Assembly (NCBI GenBank): GCA_044507735.1
Contig: JBIQJB010000006.1
Span: forward strand, 68,939-85,926
Direction of reading: 5' to 3'
Length of the DNA stretch: 16,988 bases
Origin: Nitrosopumilales archaeon
Lineage (GTDB): Archaea; Thermoproteota; Nitrososphaeria; Nitrososphaerales; Nitrososphaeraceae
Shown here: in pieces, positions 1-8,297 of the stretch
Position numbering within the stretch: position 1 is the first letter of the stretch
How the letters are laid out: every line of letters begins with the position of its first letter
Notes under the pieces: generated by a model
The model's database searches: none
The model's input: only the letters and a program-made list of their open reading frames with translations
Told to the model about the DNA's origin: nothing
Position numbers and translations under genes: made by a program

Positions 1-621
1 ATAAGAACATGCTTCCAGAGAGGATAAAGTGTTCCAGAAATCTTTCGTTTCTGGGTGCACCACAGTTGAGATTGCCGCAGAAGCAAGGCACGCGCAAAAT
101 AGTTGGAGATTCCAAGGCAATGGTAATCAATGTGATGACTGCGTTCTTACAGGTTCTTGTGGTCTAGCTAGCAAAGGACACATACACTCCAACAAACGAT
201 CATGACGCCAGCAGTCCATCCACGGGCAATAAGCGGCTCCAACAACACAACAGAGAAAGACTTTACGGCAAAATGTGCCCCATATTACTTTTAGCAGCTG
301 GAACCTTTCAAGTTCGAAAAGCATTTGAGAAATCTGGCAGCTTGATGGACGAGAAGGTTCAGAAAACCAATTCACATCATCTCTAAATAGCCAGTCCAGG
401 CGCAGTAAACTTTCAAATCGCATGGTGCATTGACAACGTTTGCCCACCCACATTTGTTGTGCTGCAATGTACTCGCCACGCATCATGATGGCTCAAGTGA
501 ACCGATAGCTACGGCAGGTCAAGTCCATCACACTGAAGCAAATGGACGTCTTGGCAATCCATTCCCGGCAGCAATTGCAATTGGATCAAATTGCCGTTAA
601 CTCTAACTCAAGGCACTATGC

Positions 622-630
622 TTTTATAAT
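622..630 (+). promoter_or_regulatory. Candidate archaeal TATA box for the aCPSF1 gene
   Basis: TTTTATAAT about 100 nt upstream of ATG 729; implies a leader of roughly 75 nt. Confidence 0.4.
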
Positions 631-728
631 GGAATTACGGATATATCTTTGGCTTATTACCGGTTTATGCCTTTTCTATTTATTGTAGTCTCAAGGCATA
701 GCATTTCGGTATTGCCGGAAGAATAGCG

Positions 729-2873
729 ATGAGAGAATTGGAAAAGAATGAAGAAGTTGATGGTCAAGTTATGGCTCAAGAACAGGCAGCACCTCAAAGG
801 AGGTCAAGACCTGCAGCGGATATCGACGACCAGGTGACAAGAGTCACAACTGAGAGCGAAGAAGCCGTGGGCAAAATAATACTGAAATCAATTCCTGCGG
901 ACTCGCAAGTAACCCTTGTTAGATTCGAGGGCCCGAATATCGCCCTCTACACAAAGAATGCGAAGTTTGCGCTAACTGAATTAACATACTATCTGTCTTC
1001 ACTCTCCAAGACCCTGAAGAAGAGGTTCATCATACGAACGGATCCATCTATCCGGCTGCCAGAAGACCAGACTAGGCAGGCAGTCGTCAAGCTATTGCCG
1101 AAAGATGTGTTAGTCTCTGCCGTGTTTTGTGATGATGCTACGGGGGAAGTAGTGCTCGAAGTAAGCAAGCCTGAGGCAATCGACCCGGCGATGATAGTGC
1201 AGATCGCCCAGTCGACGGGATGGATAGCACACACCAGACGATCCCCCCACATCCCATCCTCAAGCATCAACATTATTCACTCAACTCTCAAAGGATCAGC
1301 AAAAGAAAGGACGGACTTTTTGCAAAAATTGGGAAAGAGAGTATTTCGAGGTTCGCTTGTAGTCGGAAACGTCAATGGCAACGGCTCGGCCCACCACACC
1401 CACACCAACAGCCACAACAACAACCATCACCAACAACAAGTATCAACAGTGTCGGCAAGCGAGCCGGGCTCCTCCAAGCCCCAATCATGGTCAACGAGCA
1501 AGGAAGAAGTCATGCTGTTCTGCCTAGGTGGAGTCAAGCAGGTCGGAAGATCTTGTTTTGTCGTCGTCACACCAGAGAGCAAAGTCATGCTTGACTGTGG
1601 CATTAACCCCGGTGAAATGTCAGGGCTTGACGCTTACCCTCGGCTTGATTGGCTCAACTTTGACCTGGACGACCTTGACGCGGTGGTAATAGGACACGCG
1701 CACATAGATCATCAGGGATTTCTTCCTGCCCTGTTCAAATACGGTTATCGCGGCCCAGTTTATTGCACTGAGCCCACGCTTCCGCTCATGACCCTACTCC
1801 AGATGGACTCGGTCAAGATAGCAAACAGCAACGGCACATATCTGCCTTATGAAGCAAGAGATGTCAATGAGGTGATCAAACACTGTATAACTTTGCCCTA
1901 TGGCAAGCCGACGGACATTTCGCCCGACATCACCATCACACTCAACAACGCAGGTCACATCATGGGCAGCGCAACCGTGCATCTCAATATTTCTGGCGCC
2001 CACAACATACTGTATTCGGGAGACTACAAGTACGCCAAGACGCAACTGCTTGACAGCGCGGTGTCTATGTACCCAAGGGTTGAAACGCTCATCACCGAGA
2101 GCACCTACGGCAACACTACGGACGTCATGCCCGACCAACAGGTAGTTTATCGAACGTTTTCCGACTCGATAAACAAGACACTGACAGAGGGAGGCAAAGT
2201 GCTGATCCCGGTTCCGGCTGTCGGCAGGGCACAGGAGATAATGCTCGTAATGGCAAAAGAGATGAAGGAAGGAAGGCTAGTAGAATCTCCGATATACATT
2301 GAGGGCATGATCTCTGAGGCAAGCGCGATTCACATGTCCTATGCCCACTATCTAGGCGCAGATGTGCGGAAGTCAGTGTCCCAAGGCATCAACCCGTTCC
2401 AGTCAGAATATTTTACAGTTATCAGTGGCGGCAAGCGTGAAGAAGTGTTGAATGACGAAAACCCAGCCATAGTGATGGCCACATCAGGCATGCTTGAAGG
2501 TGGTCCTTCTGTAGAGTACTTCAAGGAGCTCGCTCCTAACCCAAAGAACAAGATAATGTTTGTGTCATACCAGATCAATGGTACTCTGGGCAGGAGGGTC
2601 CTAGATGGTGCGATGTCAGAAGTTAGCATGATGGACAAGAGCGGTAAGGTCAAAGTGGTACCTGTCCGCTGCCAGACCCAAAAAATCGACGGTTTTTCAG
2701 GTCATAGCGACTTTAATCAGATATTGAATTTTGTGGCAAAAGTCAAGCCAAAGCGTGTTTTGGTCAATCATGGCGAGAAGAGCAAATCAGAGAACGTCGC
2801 TAGCGCCATTTATTCGCGCTTGAAGATAAGGTCAGGAGTTCCCGATAACAGAGAAATCGTTCGCCTTCGCTGA
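729..2873 (+). CDS. aCPSF1/FttA-type beta-CASP ribonuclease (N-terminal KH region + metallo-beta-lactamase + beta-CASP)
   Basis: N-terminal FEGPNIALYTK...KKRFIIRTDPS KH-like region; LGGVKQVGRSC, LDCG, HAHIDH (HxHxDH), AGHIMGS, SGDY, ESTYG, AVGRAQE, TSGMLEGGPS, GFSGHSD and VNHGE motifs. Confidence 0.95.
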   Translation: MRELEKNEEVDGQVMAQEQAAPQRRSRPAADIDDQVTRVTTESEEAVGKIILKSIPADSQVTLVRFEGPNIALYTKNAKFALTELTYYLSSLSKTLKKRFIIRTDPSIRLPEDQTRQAVVKLLPKDVLVSAVFCDDATGEVVLEVSKPEAIDPAMIVQIAQSTGWIAHTRRSPHIPSSSINIIHSTLKGSAKERTDFLQKLGKRVFRGSLVVGNVNGNGSAHHTHTNSHNNNHHQQQVSTVSASEPGSSKPQSWSTSKEEVMLFCLGGVKQVGRSCFVVVTPESKVMLDCGINPGEMSGLDAYPRLDWLNFDLDDLDAVVIGHAHIDHQGFLPALFKYGYRGPVYCTEPTLPLMTLLQMDSVKIANSNGTYLPYEARDVNEVIKHCITLPYGKPTDISPDITITLNNAGHIMGSATVHLNISGAHNILYSGDYKYAKTQLLDSAVSMYPRVETLITESTYGNTTDVMPDQQVVYRTFSDSINKTLTEGGKVLIPVPAVGRAQEIMLVMAKEMKEGRLVESPIYIEGMISEASAIHMSYAHYLGADVRKSVSQGINPFQSEYFTVISGGKREEVLNDENPAIVMATSGMLEGGPSVEYFKELAPNPKNKIMFVSYQINGTLGRRVLDGAMSEVSMMDKSGKVKVVPVRCQTQKIDGFSGHSDFNQILNFVAKVKPKRVLVNHGEKSKSENVASAIYSRLKIRSGVPDNREIVRLR
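1391..1439 (+). repeat. C/A-rich low-complexity tract (CAC/AAC/CAA) encoding HHTHTNSHNNNHHQQQ inside aCPSF1
   Basis: 47 of 49 nt are C or A. Confidence 0.85.
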
Positions 2874-3088
2874 TACTGTAGGACCAATCCCTGTTTTGTT
2901 TCATGAATTTGAAATGAGGAAATGATACTCGAAAAGCGTCTATCGATGGGCCAGCAATTCGTTCACATAGCAATGCTTCCGCAGTACGGGAAACATTCAA
3001 GAGCGATGTTTTTTCTGGGTCATCCAATAACGCCTTAATTCCATAGCATTTTTAGCCATGTATGTACAATACACCTGTGCGTACAGAA

Positions 3089-3226
3089 ATGGCTATCCGA
3101 TACAGATGTGTCCACTGCAATATCGTGTTGAGCGGAGAAGGTGCTTCTAGGCACTACCTAGCAAATCCTACCCATAAGCTAGAAAAGCTGCCCCCACCTG
3201 TTAAACCAGTCAAAAATGTGCGTTAG
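3089..3226 (+). CDS. C2H2 zinc-finger microprotein, 45 aa (not in ORF track; alternative in-frame ATG at 3062)
   Basis: Hand translation MAIRYRCVHCNIVLSGEGASRHYLANPTHKLEKLPPPVKPVKNVR*; Y-x-C-x2-C-x11-H-x6-H; stop lies 9 nt from the convergent UPF0147 stop. Confidence 0.7.
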   Translation: MAIRYRCVHCNIVLSGEGASRHYLANPTHKLEKLPPPVKPVKNVR

Positions 3227-3235
3227 TTGGTTAGT

Positions 3236-3529
3236 CTAGTTTTCACGGATGCTTTCTAATGTGGAAACTACTTGCCAGAGCATCGTCCGTATGTGTGACT
3301 GCATTTGAGGACTCTGCGTGGCATTATCAAGCAGGCTTATTGCATTTGCCGCCCTGACGGATACGCTGCCACCCTTTTCGTCCTTCAGCGCAAGAAGTAC
3401 TTCCTTTATCATGTTGCGGATGCTCTTCTGCACGTCGTTATTTTTTGTAATAGTGTCAAGCGTTTCGATCGCTCGCGCAAGGCGTTCTTGATTTTCTTTT
3501 TCCTTTAATTCCTTTTTCGACAATGTCAT
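3236..3529 (-). CDS. UPF0147 family protein
   Basis: Small helical archaeal protein with SVRAANAISLLD and HIRTMLWQVVSTLESI motifs. Confidence 0.88.
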   Translation of the reverse strand: MTLSKKELKEKENQERLARAIETLDTITKNNDVQKSIRNMIKEVLLALKDEKGGSVSVRAANAISLLDNATQSPQMQSHIRTMLWQVVSTLESIREN

Positions 3530-3610
3530 TATGCATATACCTCTCCAGCAGACGGGTGCTCTCTTAGCTGACAGTTGCTTTTGAATGTTTTTATCGTAAT
3601 TGCTGTACGA

Positions 3611-3618
3611 TTTTTATA
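3611..3618 (+). promoter_or_regulatory. TATA box for the 3643 zinc-finger gene (probably leaderless)
   Basis: TTTTTATA ending 25 nt before GTG 3643. Confidence 0.6.
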
Positions 3619-3642
3619 CTTGCTCAGTGCGTACGCTATACA

Positions 3643-3837
3643 GTGACCGATGAGCAGCTAAAATGCAACATTTGTGGTGTGGCAGTAAGCGCCGGCCAAG
3701 CAAAGGAACACGCTTTGAGCGCCACTCACGAATCGCGCAGAGGAGAGATAGAGCAGAGATTGCGCGAAATAAGAGACGAGTGTTACAAAGATGATAGCTC
3801 GATCATTCTTCAATGGAAAAGTTCTATCTCAAAATGA
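3643..3837 (+). CDS. C2H2 (matrin/U1-like) zinc-finger small protein, 64 aa
   Basis: LKCNICGVAVSAGQAKEHALSATH (C-x2-C-x11-H-x5-H) followed by a charged helix; TATA at suitable spacing. Confidence 0.78.
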   Translation: MTDEQLKCNICGVAVSAGQAKEHALSATHESRRGEIEQRLREIRDECYKDDSSIILQWKSSISK

Positions 3838-3907
3838 TGAGCCGGATATCATTTTCCCACTAGATATTTATGATGTCTTGGACTTCGCATCAAAAGAATG
3901 AAAAAAC

Positions 3908-4948
3908 TTGAGTGTTGAGCTCTTTACCGCCCAGGAGCAGGTTATGCTATGGATGCTTTTTGGACTCATAATCAGTATTGCCATGGCCGTTGACCTCGGA
4001 GCTCTCGGTGCCATAAAAAGAAGAATTATGAAAGGCAAGCAGATAGAGGCACTGCCCACGGAACAGGAGATAAAGCACCAGCAATTCAAACAGGCGCTTG
4101 CTTGGACGATTGTTTGGATATCCCTTGGTCTTATATTTTCAGTAGTGATCTATTTCGTGGTCAGCTATGAAAAGATGCTCGAATACATCACAGGCTACAC
4201 ACTGGAAAAAACGCTCAGTGTCGACAACATGTTTGTCTTTCTGCTCATCTTTAATTCACTCGCCATACCTCACAAGTATCAGCACAGAGTGCTATCCATA
4301 GGCGTAATCAGTGCCATAAGCATGAGGGTCCCCCTAATAATAGCGGGCGCATCTTTGCTTGGGGCTTTTCACTGGATGATTTACGTGTTTGGGGGCTTCT
4401 TGATATTCACTGCAATCAGGATGCTTGCGCAAAAGAAGTCGGAAAAGATTGAAGTGGAAAAGAACATCGCGGTCAGACTGCTGAAGAAGATCATGCCTGT
4501 TGACGTGACGACAAGGACCGGTCGATTCCTGACCAGAGCGGAGTCCACCGGCGTCCTTTACGCTACGCCCCTGCTGGTCGCGCTTGTCATGATCGAGGTC
4601 ACAGACCTCTTTTTTGCCCTTGACTCTATACCGGCGGTACTTGCGATTACATCTGACCCATTCATCGTCATAACATCAAACATATTTGCAATCTTTGGTC
4701 TAAGAAGTCTCTACTTCCTGTTGTCCGGTTCGATGGAGAAGTTCTATTACCTAAAGCCAGCTCTGACGGCGTTATTGTTTTTCATAGGTTTCAAGATGCT
4801 GGTATCAGAATATATACACATAGATATAGAGGCATCACTCGCGGTAATCATGACAATCCTTGGAATTGCCCTTGGTCTATCCTACCTAAAGACGCGCAGA
4901 ATGAGATCGTCTTCACCTCCAGGCCAGACAGGGACAGCGGTGGATTGA
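3908..4948 (+). CDS. TerC/Alx family metal-homeostasis membrane protein
   Basis: YITGYTLEKTLSVDNMFVF, QHRVL, IEVTDLFFALDSIPAVLAI and TSNIFAIFGLRSLYF motifs; multiple TM helices; TTG start. Confidence 0.93.
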   Translation: MSVELFTAQEQVMLWMLFGLIISIAMAVDLGALGAIKRRIMKGKQIEALPTEQEIKHQQFKQALAWTIVWISLGLIFSVVIYFVVSYEKMLEYITGYTLEKTLSVDNMFVFLLIFNSLAIPHKYQHRVLSIGVISAISMRVPLIIAGASLLGAFHWMIYVFGGFLIFTAIRMLAQKKSEKIEVEKNIAVRLLKKIMPVDVTTRTGRFLTRAESTGVLYATPLLVALVMIEVTDLFFALDSIPAVLAITSDPFIVITSNIFAIFGLRSLYFLLSGSMEKFYYLKPALTALLFFIGFKMLVSEYIHIDIEASLAVIMTILGIALGLSYLKTRRMRSSSPPGQTGTAVD

Positions 4949-5098
4949 TAAGTAAAAGTAAACACGCGCAAGCATTCAGACCTTGCATGGGCGCACAAGT
5001 ACGTCTTCGATAATTTTCTTATGACTCTCTCTTCGCAATCTTTTGCAAGAAATAACATAGATAGTCGTTAATTTGCAAAGCGTCGTAATAATGATGAT

Positions 5099-6283
5099 TT
5101 GATCGCAAATGTTGTGCACATTAGCTTAAATGCTCGAGGTGGGGGCGAGAGGCTCGCTGTTACCACCATAAAAGCGCTTTCATCCATGGGTATTCAAGTT
5201 GAATTGGCTACTGTAGATAAACCAAACATGGCCTTGATCCGCGACGCATATGGTATAAGCATCGAACAAGACTTGAAGAGAGTTAAGACGCTTAGCCTAT
5301 TCCATGGCTCAGAGAATGGAATAACAATAAACACGCATGGCGACTTGCTTCCGTACTTTCGACGAAACTTCAACAGAAGGAACTCTATTGTATACTGCCA
5401 TTACCCAATTGCACTGCACCTGATGGAGTGCGGCGACTCCGAATACGCAAGGGTCCTAAACAGCACATGCCTGTACACAACAACCGAAAGAGGTCGCCAT
5501 CAGTATTTTGAAGCAGCTAAAGAGGCGTACAGAAAAATGATGACTAGCTCGATAGTACTTACAAACTCAGAATTCAGCAGGAAGGCAATATTCAAGACTT
5601 TCGGTGTCGATTCCATAGTACTTCACCCTCCAGTTGATACTGACGTTTTCCGAAGTGCTGCCCTGTTCTCAAATGTCAGAGACAATACCGTCCTGGTGGT
5701 GTCCCGATTCCATCCAAGCAAGAAGATAGAGAATGCAATCTATCTAGCAAGACTGCTCAAGCAAAATGGAATTGACGGCCAGATGGTCATCGCAGGCAAC
5801 ATGTCTCCAGAAGGCAGGAGTTATTTAGACCACTTGCGCAAGCTCGCAAGCCAATTTGGCCTTGAGAATTTCGTGAGGTTTGAAACAAACATCAGGTTCG
5901 ACAGACTGCTACATCTCATGCGCACCGCAAAGGTGTATTTTCACCCACTGCCCGGCGAGCCGTTTGGCATCTCGACTGTAGAAGCAATGAGTGCAGGGTT
6001 AATCCCGGTTGTTCCAGACATAGGAGGACATACAGAATTTGTGCCGACAAAATACCAGTTCCATACGTTTGGCCAGGGTCTTGAAGCGGTCGCCAGAGCC
6101 CTTGATGCGCCATTGTCAGAGCGCATTCAGATGAGTCACTACATCCAAAAGTATTCGACCTCAAACTTTGTGAAGAAATTCCAGCAGATCGTGTCAAAGG
6201 TACTGGACGTCAAGCAAGTTGTGGAATCACCTCCAGTAATCTCAGTAAAGAGGTTTTCGGAACCCACTACGGCTGCCGCTTGA
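5099..6283 (+). CDS. Glycosyltransferase family 4 (GT-B), ALG11-like
   Basis: GGGERL, YCHYP, TNSEFS, LHPP, SRFHPSKK and EPFGISTVEAMSAG (Ex7E) motifs. Confidence 0.9.
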   Translation: MIANVVHISLNARGGGERLAVTTIKALSSMGIQVELATVDKPNMALIRDAYGISIEQDLKRVKTLSLFHGSENGITINTHGDLLPYFRRNFNRRNSIVYCHYPIALHLMECGDSEYARVLNSTCLYTTTERGRHQYFEAAKEAYRKMMTSSIVLTNSEFSRKAIFKTFGVDSIVLHPPVDTDVFRSAALFSNVRDNTVLVVSRFHPSKKIENAIYLARLLKQNGIDGQMVIAGNMSPEGRSYLDHLRKLASQFGLENFVRFETNIRFDRLLHLMRTAKVYFHPLPGEPFGISTVEAMSAGLIPVVPDIGGHTEFVPTKYQFHTFGQGLEAVARALDAPLSERIQMSHYIQKYSTSNFVKKFQQIVSKVLDVKQVVESPPVISVKRFSEPTTAAA

Positions 6284-7124
6284 CTCGTGTGTAGACGTAC
6301 GCCGCGTCGACTGACTGATCTGCCGTCCAGGAAGTGGGGAGTGTAACTGTGCCCAAGTGGTCAAGACCATAATTCGCAATGACGCTCCCCCACCCCCAGC
6401 CAGTGTGATCTCGAGAGAACGACTTCATCTTGTGGCTGCCCATGAGGTTAAAACCAAGATCAAGATATTTTATTGACATGGCTTGCTTTATGACGCTATT
6501 CGCCAGCATCTCCCCCATTTCGGGCAATCCAGAGATGAAGAAGATCGGCCTCACCAACTTTAGTCGCCCATAGTCAAAGCCCGTCGCGTCGGCCTCAATG
6601 ACATTGTACATGACTCCAGTCTCAGATGAAATTGAGCTTTGCAGCTGAGCAAGATTGCTGTCGATCTCTATACCGTACGATTCCATCCCGAGAAGTTTGC
6701 CGCAATACGCTATCCTGCCGTCGCCGGATCCTACGTCAACCAGCTCTGAAAACCCAAGCGACTTGGCAACGTGTGCAAGCGCAAATGCAGACAGCAGCCA
6801 GGTTGGATAAAATGGCTGATAACTAGTGTCATGTTTCTTGCTGCTCAGCCAATAGCTGTTGATGTCACCCTCATACACCTTGCATTTAATTCCCATCACT
6901 TCAGTTTCATGGGCACTGACATAGATCGGGTTTGCTTCTGCAAACTTGTGAAGTGATTCCAGGATTTCATTTCCGATCGGAAGAACGACAGTAGTTGTTG
7001 TTGTTGCGGCTGCCATTGAGTGCGGCAAGGGCACAATTTCTGATAATATCATGCTCTGGCCATTGTTGCCTTTCATGAATTCGCCCTTTAATCTAGTGAT
7101 TATCCGTGGAATAGAATCATCCAT
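6267..7124 (-). CDS. Class I SAM-dependent methyltransferase-like protein (start may be a downstream ATG)
   Basis: Motif I LVDVGSGDGRIAY, acidic YGIEID, IEADAT; overlaps the convergent GT4 3' end by 17 nt. Confidence 0.75.
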   Translation of the reverse strand: MDDSIPRIITRLKGEFMKGNNGQSMILSEIVPLPHSMAAATTTTTVVLPIGNEILESLHKFAEANPIYVSAHETEVMGIKCKVYEGDINSYWLSSKKHDTSYQPFYPTWLLSAFALAHVAKSLGFSELVDVGSGDGRIAYCGKLLGMESYGIEIDSNLAQLQSSISSETGVMYNVIEADATGFDYGRLKLVRPIFFISGLPEMGEMLANSVIKQAMSIKYLDLGFNLMGSHKMKSFSRDHTGWGWGSVIANYGLDHLGTVTLPTSWTADQSVDAAYVYTRVKRQP

Positions 7125-7127
7125 ATT

Positions 7128-7340
7128 CTAATAAACCGACTCTGCGCTTGGGCGCAGCCCCCGCCTGTAGCTCTTGTGGCCGCACTGCTTACACAAGTAT
7201 AACCTCCTCCTCTTGTAAGTATAGATTACTTCAGGATCCTCGATTATTTCGTGGTGAGTCTTTACCATACACCGGTCACAAAAGCGCATCTCAGATGACA
7301 ACAAGCCACGCTCTGCATTAGTCTGGCGATCATTCCGCAT
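7128..7340 (-). CDS. Small C4 zinc-ribbon protein, eL42/L44e-like (start may be ATG 7289)
   Basis: RFCDRCMVKTHHEI...RRRLYLCKQCGHKSYRRGLR; basic; packed between sucD (30 nt gap) and the methyltransferase (3 nt gap). Confidence 0.75.
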   Translation of the reverse strand: MRNDRQTNAERGLLSSEMRFCDRCMVKTHHEIIEDPEVIYTYKRRRLYLCKQCGHKSYRRGLRPSAESVY

Positions 7341-7370
7341 ATATCGGTATTTGTCTCTCTGTGAGTATTT

Positions 7371-8297
7371 CTACTTGCGCATCTTCTTGGCCAATAGCTC
7401 AGGTACTTCAGCTGGCCGCTTGGCCACAGGAACATCAGCCTTTGCATAATTGGCAACCTTTGACTCCGCGGAACCATAATTGCCGTATACTATAGCACCG
7501 GCATGACCCATCCTCTTCTCCTTCGGTGCCGCCCTGCCCGCAATGTAGGCAACAACAGGCTTGTTGAACGACGTCCTCAGAATGTATTCTGCAAGCTGCT
7601 CTTCAGCGTCACCACCTATTTCACCCACAACCACAACAGAGTCAACATCGCTTCTGTTCCTAATCAGATCGAATGCTTCGATAAGATTTGTGCCGTTTAT
7701 AGGATCCCCTCCGATCCCAAGGGCAAGCCTCTGTCCATAGCCCTTGTTTGTAAGATTGTACGAGACTTCATACATCAAGGTACCGCTGCGGGAGAATACA
7801 ACAGTACTTCCTGCTTTGAAGGGTTGTGCAGGCATGATGCCGACCTTCATCACTTCCGGTACAATGACGCCGGGAGTGTTTGGACCCACCATCCGTGCAC
7901 CCTTCTTCTTCGCATATTCCAGTACTTTGATAGAGTCTCGGATTGGAACATGTTCTGGTATCGCCACCAATAGCTTTATTCCACTGTCAAGTGCTTCAAT
8001 AGCCGCTTTCAGAAAGAAGGGAGCAGGGACAAATACCCCGGATATTTTTGATCCAGTTGCCTTCACAGCGTCTGCCATTGTGTCATACACAGGCGTTCCT
8101 TCAAAATCCTGGCCGCCCTTGCCCGGAGTCACACCTGCAGCAATGTTTGTGCCATAAGCCTTCATCAGGCGAGTATGGGTTGAGCCATAGCTTCCAGTTA
8201 TCCCCTGAATGATTACAGGCTTCTTACCAAAGTCTTTGTCCCCAGGGTTTCCTTCAAGAATATCAAATATGTCGAATTCCTTTTCCACTATAGTCAT
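7371..8297 (-). CDS. sucD: Succinyl-CoA ligase alpha subunit
   Basis: VIIQGITG, AGVTPGKGG, VGPNTPG, SRSGTL, GIGGDP, VGEIGG, and the phospho-His motif MGHAGA; ATGA overlap with sucC. Confidence 0.96.
   Translation of the reverse strand: MTIVEKEFDIFDILEGNPGDKDFGKKPVIIQGITGSYGSTHTRLMKAYGTNIAAGVTPGKGGQDFEGTPVYDTMADAVKATGSKISGVFVPAPFFLKAAIEALDSGIKLLVAIPEHVPIRDSIKVLEYAKKKGARMVGPNTPGVIVPEVMKVGIMPAQPFKAGSTVVFSRSGTLMYEVSYNLTNKGYGQRLALGIGGDPINGTNLIEAFDLIRNRSDVDSVVVVGEIGGDAEEQLAEYILRTSFNKPVVAYIAGRAAPKEKRMGHAGAIVYGNYGSAESKVANYAKADVPVAKRPAEVPELLAKKMRK

Noticed and set aside
127-486. 119-aa Cys/Trp-rich minus-strand ORF
   Set aside because: No recognisable motif and non-protein-like composition; cannot be supported as a gene
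553-596. CAATTG-CAATTG tandem palindrome with flanking GGCAAT/ATTGCC arms
   Set aside because: Short arms; could be an operator but not distinguishable from chance
989-3027. Alternative-frame and antisense ORFs within or overlapping aCPSF1, including the Gln/Pro-rich 1220..1594
   Set aside because: Shadows of a well-supported gene; Gln/Pro richness comes from the C/A tract
3840-3849. AGCCGGATAT repeated at 16900-16909, both intergenic
   Set aside because: One 10-mer match is expected by chance in 17 kb
3834-3911. ATGATGA C-box-like and TGATGT C'-like motifs suggesting a C/D guide RNA, or a yybP-ykoY riboswitch before TerC/Alx
   Set aside because: No CTGA D box; the C box coincides with stop codons; the 70-nt AT-rich gap shows no riboswitch stems
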